Shown here in pieces: positions 57,728 to 64,000 of a DNA stretch of 64,000 nt (positions within the stretch are counted from its first letter, which is position 1; the number at the start of each line of letters is the position of its first letter). Below the pieces are notes generated by a model. The model made no database searches and was not told where the DNA came from. It saw only the letters and a program-made list of their open reading frames with translations. The DNA is taken from the NCBI RefSeq assembly GCF_002413745.1, contig NZ_DHXP01000073.1; one strand, 5' to 3'. This DNA comes from Flavobacterium sp. UBA5153. Its GTDB lineage: Bacteria; Bacteroidota; Bacteroidia; Flavobacteriales; Flavobacteriaceae. Position numbers and translations under genes: made by a program.

Positions 57728-58221
57728 TAGGAAACGACATTGTAGATTTGGCTTTAGCCCGAAAAGAAAGCAATTGGAAAAGGAATGGTTTTTTGGATAA
57801 AGTTTTTACCAAAAAAGAACAATTGTTAATTTTAAATTCAGGAAATCCAGAAATTATGGTCTGGAATTTATGGAGTAGAAAGGAAGCGGCTTATAAAATT
57901 TACAATCGGAAAACCCAAATTCGTGGATATTTTCCTTTGCAACTGGAATGTTTTGAAATAGAAATTATTGACGATATTTCTTTCGGAAAGGTTGCCATAA
58001 AAGACCATATATATTTCACAAAAACAGAAATTACATCTCAATTTATCAATACGATTGCAGTTGAAAACAGAAAAGATTTTGACAAAATTAAAACGTTGGA
58101 AAATTCTGAAAATATTCAAAGAGATAAAGGAATACCAAGCTGTCTTGAAAAAGATAATTTAGTTCCAAAACCTGTATCCATAAGCCACCACGGAAGATTT
58201 AAACAAATTATTTCTCTTTAG
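57724..58221 (+). CDS. 4'-phosphopantetheinyl transferase (AcpS-like)
   Basis: GTG start overlapping the ACP stop. IGNDIVDL N-terminus and WSRKEAAYK motif. Confidence 0.7.
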   Translation: MIGNDIVDLALARKESNWKRNGFLDKVFTKKEQLLILNSGNPEIMVWNLWSRKEAAYKIYNRKTQIRGYFPLQLECFEIEIIDDISFGKVAIKDHIYFTKTEITSQFINTIAVENRKDFDKIKTLENSENIQRDKGIPSCLEKDNLVPKPVSISHHGRFKQIISL

Positions 58222-58814
58222 TTCAGTCCTAATCTTGACTTTAATTTCAGGAAAAGCAACGCTATTTTATAGGCGTCTTCGGACGAAGAATTTCTGTCAC
58301 TTTTTGGAATTTTGTAAATACCGCATAATTCGTCAAGCGAAAATTGTTTATTGCTAATATCATGTAGTTTACGGTGCATTACATCAATATCCAGCGCTTC
58401 ATTTTTTAATCTTCCGCAACCTAATCTTTCCAAGGCTGCATTTATCATTTCCACATCAAAATCAACGTGATGTCCAACCAATACAGCATTTCCAATAAAC
58501 TCGATAAGAGCCTGTATTGCGTCGGGTTCTCCGAGTTTTTTCATTTTGCTTTCAACAACAAACTCATTTGTAAGACCGTTGTCGTGGAAAAATTTATATT
58601 GTAACAAAACAGTCTCAAAACTATCTCCTATAAGGATGCTATTATTAACTACGGCAAAGGAACCAATTGACACAATTACATCCTTGCTTGGATTTAAACC
58701 CGAGGTTTCAGTGCTTAAAACAACAAAACGCTTTGATTTTTTATCGAATTTAGAAACGTATTCCTTCCAAAATTCGGGATATTCCTTGTTGATATTTTTT
58801 ATCCAGTCTAACAT
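58218..58814 (-). CDS. DnaQ/DEDD-like exonuclease-fold protein with substituted catalytic positions
   Basis: ExoI reads VLSTETSG (Ser where Asp is expected). ExoII reads GHHVDFD. ExoIII reads RNSSSEDAY (Asn where His is expected, by eye). Confidence 0.75.
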   Translation of the reverse strand: MLDWIKNINKEYPEFWKEYVSKFDKKSKRFVVLSTETSGLNPSKDVIVSIGSFAVVNNSILIGDSFETVLLQYKFFHDNGLTNEFVVESKMKKLGEPDAIQALIEFIGNAVLVGHHVDFDVEMINAALERLGCGRLKNEALDIDVMHRKLHDISNKQFSLDELCGIYKIPKSDRNSSSEDAYKIALLFLKLKSRLGLN

Positions 58815-58816
58815 AG

Positions 58817-60733
58817 TTATGAAAATTGGGTAAGTTGAAACTTGGTTTTTATTAATTCTTCCAATTCTTTCATGGGAGCCAAAGCACTTTTCAAATTTTC
58901 CTTGTCAACTTTTGATAGCTCCTGTAAATCAATATATTGTCCGGAATTATCATTATTTAAGCCTTCCAATGTCCTGAATTTTGACAAAGTCAAAAAAGCT
59001 TCGGCACAATTAAGATAAATTTCACTGTTTTTAGGATCTGTAATTGCTAACTGTTTAAAACGCATATACGTATTATTTACATTTCGAATGTTATGACTCA
59101 AAGCAAATAAACGAGCCCCATCGATAAGCGGCATCAAAGCACGAGTTTTTATGTCAAACTTACCTTTGTTAGTACCTTCGTCTTCGACGATAAATTTCTT
59201 AAAAAAGCTTAGTGGCGAGTTTTTTCGTAATGCATCATTTCCTAAAAAATCAAAGAATAAGGCATTATTATGAACATTGGTATAAATTATGTTTTCAATT
59301 GCTTCTTCAATTCTTTTCTCTCCAAAGACGATTTCATAATCAAAGAAAATACTGCTTATATCATTACTGTTTTCTCCTGGAGTATTGATCCAAGTATTGT
59401 ATTGTTTTGTCCAGTCAGTCAATGATTTACACCATAACATATTGCTTCCCATGTGGCCGTTTGGACATAATTCATAACCCACTTTTTCTAAAATCGCCGT
59501 GGTTCTTTTTCCTAATTTCAGGAAATAATCCTTCACATCTCTGTATTTATCGGCAGTTACATCTTCAAAAATCAAAATACTGTCTTGATCCGTGAGCAAT
59601 AATTGTTCTTTTCTTCCTTGGCTACCAATGCTAAACCAAGCAAAACTGGCAGGAGGGGAGCCTAAATCTAAAATTGACAACTCGATTGATCTCTTAATAA
59701 TGGCCAAATTAATTTCACTGGCAATATTGTTAATGTGAGAAAGTGGAATATTTTTATGAATTGATTTTTGGATGAGATCAGTTAGACGTTCCCTTATCAA
59801 TTTTAAGTCCTTTGGGCTTTTAGAACGTTTAATTTCTTTTATCAAAACACCTGGATTATTGGCTTGGGCTACTATTAAATCGTGTTCGGAAATAATTCCT
59901 TTAACGGCTGATTTATCGGTTCCGTCTTGAGTAACACATAGATGAGTCACGTTGTGTTTGAGCATCAGTAACTGGGCTTCCGCCAAAGAAACATTCTCGA
60001 CAACAGTCACTACCGGTGATGACATAATTTTATCTACAGTACTTGTGATATTAAATCGGCCAGTAGCAATTTTTGTGCACATATCAGTATTCGTAACAAT
60101 TCCGATAGGGTTGTTGTTTTCACAAATTAAAACACTATTGGAAATCGAATTTGTCATAAGTTGTGCAACTTCCTGTATTATATTTGTTTTTGTTGCTCTT
60201 AAAGGAGATAAATTATAAGACAATGATTGAAAATACTGCATTTCAGAATGCTGGTCAGAATAGTAGACATTGTCAGAAATCAGTTTTCCGTGCAAATTTT
60301 CACTTTCACTTGGATTGCTCGTGTTTGAGGCAAAACTCTGCAATAAGTAATCTAATACTTCTGGGTTGTTGGCTACAAATGGACGAAAAGTGGCAATGGG
60401 AATGGCATAAATAATGCTTTCTTCACGAGCTTTGGCGGTCATCAAATAATTATTCTTGGCAAAAAACGGACGCAAACCAAAAACATCACCCTCAACACAT
60501 TTGTTTAATATCGTGTCTTCTGCATCCGCAATGACCGATAAATTAATAACACCAGAAGCCACGACATAAAAACAATCGTGCAAATCATCATTGATTTGAA
60601 ACAAAGTTTTGTGTTTTTCCAAGTTAAGAACACGAATACTTATGGCAATTTCTGACAACTCTTGAAAAGTTAAATTATCAAATGGCGGATATTCCTTTAA
60701 AAAATCAGCAATATGTTCTGCAATTGTGTTCAT
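58817..60733 (-). CDS. Cyclic-nucleotide-binding + CBS pair + DUF294 nucleotidyltransferase protein
   Basis: The cNMP-binding N-terminus has GDVFGLRPFF. A CBS pair follows. GSQGRKEQLLLTDQDS is a nucleotidyltransferase motif. 638 aa. Confidence 0.8.
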   Translation of the reverse strand: MNTIAEHIADFLKEYPPFDNLTFQELSEIAISIRVLNLEKHKTLFQINDDLHDCFYVVASGVINLSVIADAEDTILNKCVEGDVFGLRPFFAKNNYLMTAKAREESIIYAIPIATFRPFVANNPEVLDYLLQSFASNTSNPSESENLHGKLISDNVYYSDQHSEMQYFQSLSYNLSPLRATKTNIIQEVAQLMTNSISNSVLICENNNPIGIVTNTDMCTKIATGRFNITSTVDKIMSSPVVTVVENVSLAEAQLLMLKHNVTHLCVTQDGTDKSAVKGIISEHDLIVAQANNPGVLIKEIKRSKSPKDLKLIRERLTDLIQKSIHKNIPLSHINNIASEINLAIIKRSIELSILDLGSPPASFAWFSIGSQGRKEQLLLTDQDSILIFEDVTADKYRDVKDYFLKLGKRTTAILEKVGYELCPNGHMGSNMLWCKSLTDWTKQYNTWINTPGENSNDISSIFFDYEIVFGEKRIEEAIENIIYTNVHNNALFFDFLGNDALRKNSPLSFFKKFIVEDEGTNKGKFDIKTRALMPLIDGARLFALSHNIRNVNNTYMRFKQLAITDPKNSEIYLNCAEAFLTLSKFRTLEGLNNDNSGQYIDLQELSKVDKENLKSALAPMKELEELIKTKFQLTQFS

Positions 60734-61000
60734 GGTACAATAAGTATAGTCTTTTTGTAAAAATAATAAATTAAAATCTTGTAATGGAAAGATAGAGTAT
60801 GAAAATAATGTTATTTTATGTATATACGAGCAATAGGAAGTGAAGTGGTCAAAACAAAAAGGAATTATTGTAAATTCTATTTTACATAATATAAATTATA
60901 GTTCAAAATAAGGAAAAATATAAAATTTATGTTAAATATAAATATGGGATTAATAAAATACTTATCATTATAGTTCAAAAAATTGTTTCAGACTTAAATA

Positions 61001-61618
61001 ATGAATTCTATGAGAAACCTCCTTTGTATTTGTTGCCTTTTTTGCTGTTTGTGGACAAATGCCCAGACGGAAAACTTAGTTTATGATTTAAAGGTTGCAG
61101 GGAATACTATTGGCACAGTAACGGCAAAAAAAATTACACAGGGAGATTATGTGACTTATATTTCAGATACTGATGCGGAAATTAAGTTTTTAGTTACAAC
61201 ACAGATTAAAACAAGGATGAAAGTAATTTTTAAAAATGGAGAACTTTATGAAAGCAGCTATAAATTTTTCAAAAACAACAAAATTAAAGAAGAAACTTCC
61301 ATAACATTCAAGAATGGTCAATATACCATAATTCATGATGGAAAAACTAATACCACAACTGAACCCATTTATGTGAGTTCAATCATGCTCCCTTTTTATA
61401 AACCTAAAAATAATGAAAAAGTATTCGAAGAAGTCGATGGCTATTTCAAATCTATCCAACTTATAACCAACAAAAGTTTCCAGTTGGTTGATCCTAAAAG
61501 CAGCCACAGGGATAAATATATTTATGAAAACGGAAAATTGGATTATTGCCTAGTAAACAACACTTTTGTGGATTTTGAAATGATTTTGCAATCAAAAATA
61601 TTATTCTCAAAACATTAA
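61001..61618 (+). CDS. Hypothetical secreted protein
   Basis: Signal peptide MNSMRNLLCICCLFCCLWTNAQ. 205 aa. Confidence 0.5.
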   Translation: MNSMRNLLCICCLFCCLWTNAQTENLVYDLKVAGNTIGTVTAKKITQGDYVTYISDTDAEIKFLVTTQIKTRMKVIFKNGELYESSYKFFKNNKIKEETSITFKNGQYTIIHDGKTNTTTEPIYVSSIMLPFYKPKNNEKVFEEVDGYFKSIQLITNKSFQLVDPKSSHRDKYIYENGKLDYCLVNNTFVDFEMILQSKILFSKH

Positions 61619-61668
61619 AATATTGGAGTAACAAAAAAAAACGAAACAATATTGATTTTTCTTACAAA

Positions 61669-62940
61669 CTATATATCCCCTTTTGTTTTTTTTTCGGGTC
61701 TGATAATCATTCTTAAAGATTGGTCTTTCGAGAAATAGGCAATCATCCAATGATATAAAGTATTGATTCGGTTGCGATAGGTTATCAGGGACATTAGGTG
61801 CACAAACAACCAAATCATCCAGGCAAAAATGCCTTTGAAGTGAATTTTTGGTTTGGGCAAATCAACAACGGCTTTATTCTTTCCTATAATTGCCATAGAG
61901 CCTTTGTCTTTGTATTTAAATGTATTTAACGGCTTATTTTCAAGCATTAGTTTGAAGTTTTTCGCTAAATTAACTCCTTGTTGAATGGCGACTTGGGCGA
62001 CTTGGGGATGTCCTCCCGGAAAATCTGCATCGTTGAGTTGGATACAGGTGTCACCAATGGCATAGACGTTTTCGGTAGCGTTTACTTTATTAAAGGCATC
62101 CGTAGCCATTCGTTTACCACGACCATAACTTTCTGTTGGGATCCCTTCAAATTCTTTAGCCGAAACTCCTGCCGCCCATATTAAATTCTTGGTTTGAATG
62201 GTTTCACCATTAGCAAAAAAAACAGTATCATCTTTATAATCAATTACTTTTGTGTTTAGCTTTACAACAACCCCAAGATTGGTTACGGCTTCGAGAGTGT
62301 CTTTTTGAGATTCTTTACTCATGGGAGATAACAAGGCATCGCCTCCATCAACCAAATAAATATTACTGGCTGATGTATCTAATTCAGGATATTCTTTGAG
62401 CAATATGGTTTTTCGCATTTCGGCAAACATTCCCGAAACTTCCACTCCAGTTGGACCTCCTCCAACAACTACAATGGTCAATAGCACTCTTCGTTTGTGG
62501 ATGTCTTTGCAAATGGCCGCTTTTTCAAGATTTTTCAATAATGTATTGCGCATTTCAATGGCATCATTGAGTGTTTTCATAGGAATTGCATTTTTTTTGA
62601 TATTTTCCATTCCGAAATAACTTGTTTCAGCTCCTGTGGCAAAAACCAAATAGTCATAATTCAATTCGCCATTATTGAGAATAATTTTGTTTTCTGCAGG
62701 AATTACTTTTTGCAATTCGCCCAAACGAAACTGTAAATTCTTTTTGCCTGAAAAAAACTTTCGAAAAGGATAACTGATACTGGAGGGCTCCAAAAATGCT
62801 GTCGCTACTTGATAGATGAGTGGCGGAAAGAAATTATAGTTGTTTTTGTCAACAAGTATTACTTCAATACCTTTATGGTTTGTCAGTTCTTTGACTAAAT
62901 TGATTCCGGCAAAACCTCCTCCTATTATTACAATTTGCAT
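61669..62940 (-). CDS. ndh: Type II NADH dehydrogenase (NDH-2) family flavoprotein
   Basis: MQIVIIGGGFAG and VVGGGPTGVE dinucleotide-binding motifs. C-terminal membrane-anchoring helix. Confidence 0.85.
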   Translation of the reverse strand: MQIVIIGGGFAGINLVKELTNHKGIEVILVDKNNYNFFPPLIYQVATAFLEPSSISYPFRKFFSGKKNLQFRLGELQKVIPAENKIILNNGELNYDYLVFATGAETSYFGMENIKKNAIPMKTLNDAIEMRNTLLKNLEKAAICKDIHKRRVLLTIVVVGGGPTGVEVSGMFAEMRKTILLKEYPELDTSASNIYLVDGGDALLSPMSKESQKDTLEAVTNLGVVVKLNTKVIDYKDDTVFFANGETIQTKNLIWAAGVSAKEFEGIPTESYGRGKRMATDAFNKVNATENVYAIGDTCIQLNDADFPGGHPQVAQVAIQQGVNLAKNFKLMLENKPLNTFKYKDKGSMAIIGKNKAVVDLPKPKIHFKGIFAWMIWLFVHLMSLITYRNRINTLYHWMIAYFSKDQSLRMIIRPEKKTKGDI

Positions 62941-62997
62941 ATTGAAACTTTTATAAAATGATTATTTATAAAAGTACAATTTTAATTATGAACAATA

Positions 62998-64000
62998 TTA
63001 GTTTTTGAATTTTTTAACTGGTTTTCCAGTTATTTCAATTTTGTTTTGCAACAAGTAATTGGCCAATAATTTATCAATCAGTTCATCCTTAGTCAAATGG
63101 TGAAAAACCGTTTTAATCTTGTCTTTTAAATCTGCTGAAACATCGTGGTTAGGCTTCGTTTTAAAAATTTGTTTGGCCCACAATAAAGTATTGTTTTCCT
63201 CGATGTTTTCTGTAGTTGGCTTTTTAAATTTGGTAAATTTTATTCCCAATTCCCTTTCGAAATCAGCAATTTCGGCAACTTCTTCTTGTTGCAAAACGGT
63301 CAATGAAAGTCCTTTGGCCCCAGCTCTGGCAGTCCTTCCGCTGCGGTGGACATAAACTTCATAAACGTCCGGCAAATGATAATTGACCACATAAGAAATC
63401 TCCTTTACGTCAATTCCTCTTGCCGCCAGATCAGTTGCAACCAAAATATTGATATGTCCTTCACGGAATTGTTCCATAATTCGATCCCGGATTCCTTGTG
63501 ACAAACTTCCGTGCAATGCACCTGAAGAAAACCGGTTGATGACTAAATTCTTGGCCAATTTATTAACCGCCGCTTTAGTTTTGCAAAAAATAATACCGCG
63601 TTCTCCGTCTTTTGAAGTTAGAAAATGCATCAATACATCCAGTTTTTCTATCGGATCTACGACAATATATTGATGGTCGATTCCTTGATTTCCAATAGTT
63701 TCCATATTAGCACTCACTTGTACAACGTTTTTGGACAAGTAGTTTTGGATCATTTGCTTAATCGTTCCTGGCAAAGTCGCTGAAAACAAAAATGTTTTGT
63801 GATTTTTGGGTAATTCGGCAATAATTTCATCTAAACCTTCTTTCAAAATGGTAACCATTTCATCGGCTTCATCAAGAACTAGAAATTTTGTTTCTTTTAA
63901 ATTGATTGCTTTGCGTTGGATTAAATCAATCAAACGGCCTGGCGTTGCGACAACAATATGCGTTGGTGTTGCTAATCGTTCGATTTGTGGTTTTATTGGA
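62998..64000 (-). CDS. DEAD-box RNA helicase (N-terminus beyond the window end)
   Basis: VLDEADEM (motif II), SAT, HRSGRTARAG (motif VI). The reading frame stays open to the window edge. Confidence 0.85.
   Translation of the reverse strand, partial: PIKPQIERLATPTHIVVATPGRLIDLIQRKAINLKETKFLVLDEADEMVTILKEGLDEIIAELPKNHKTFLFSATLPGTIKQMIQNYLSKNVVQVSANMETIGNQGIDHQYIVVDPIEKLDVLMHFLTSKDGERGIIFCKTKAAVNKLAKNLVINRFSSGALHGSLSQGIRDRIMEQFREGHINILVATDLAARGIDVKEISYVVNYHLPDVYEVYVHRSGRTARAGAKGLSLTVLQQEEVAEIADFERELGIKFTKFKKPTTENIEENNTLLWAKQIFKTKPNHDVSADLKDKIKTVFHHLTKDELIDKLLANYLLQNKIEITGKPVKKFKN

Noticed and set aside
52754-58221. Flexirubin pigment cluster
   Set aside because: There is no DarA/DarB-type dialkylresorcinol condensing enzyme, tyrosine ammonia-lyase or LolA-like gene. 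The core enzyme is a type III PKS instead.

Overview
AT-rich chromosome segment (about one third G+C by eye, not computed). Gene content, TAnnTTTG-type promoter boxes and word-like palindromic intergenic repeats point to Bacteroidota, most likely Flavobacterium or another Flavobacteriaceae. I saw no rRNA, tRNA or CRISPR array.

Layout:
(1) 1-10.9 kb: right-hand end of an accessory island. It carries an AlbA_2/HATPase_c_4 regulator-like protein, an orphan HsdR-like nuclease-helicase tightly coupled to a coiled-coil/2-TM protein, a DUF2779 Cas4-like/DEDD fusion, a small orphan ORF, and two convergent serine recombinases (one small, one large) abutting a DUF1697 gene.
(2) 11-29.5 kb: core genes. 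These are a Dph6-like PP-loop ATPase, a frameshifted RAYT/IS200-like Y1 transposase with REP-like hairpins, M1 aminopeptidase, patatin, TauE, UvrD/PcrA, a Sua5/YrdC-family protein, an OmpA lipoprotein, GT2, holA, ettA, a DCC protein and mutS2.
(3) 29.6-34.8 kb: accessory hot spot between mutS2 and ung. It holds a MNT/HEPN toxin-antitoxin pair, three same-strand promoterless cassette-like units separated by junction repeats with integron attC-like features (GCCTAAC / GTTAGGC boxes), a group IIC intron inserted antisense in one junction, and three copies of the ung 5' end.
(4) 35-52.4 kb: core metabolism, including leuA(short)-leuB-ilvD-ilvB-ilvN-ilvC with GC-rich double-hairpin elements between cistrons.
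(5) 52.7-58.2 kb: a type III PKS cluster (flavoprotein, methyltransferase, PKS III, FabZ-like, KS, ACP, PPTase), predicted to make a phenolic lipid.
(6) 58.2-64 kb: a cNMP/CBS/DUF294 protein with a degenerate DEDD exonuclease partner, NDH-2, and a partial DEAD-box helicase.

Most interesting candidates: the attC-like cassette array with its IIC intron and ung-5' repeats, the HsdR-like + 2-TM (+ DUF2779) module, and the type III PKS cluster. All protein family calls are by-eye motif recognition. No database search was run.
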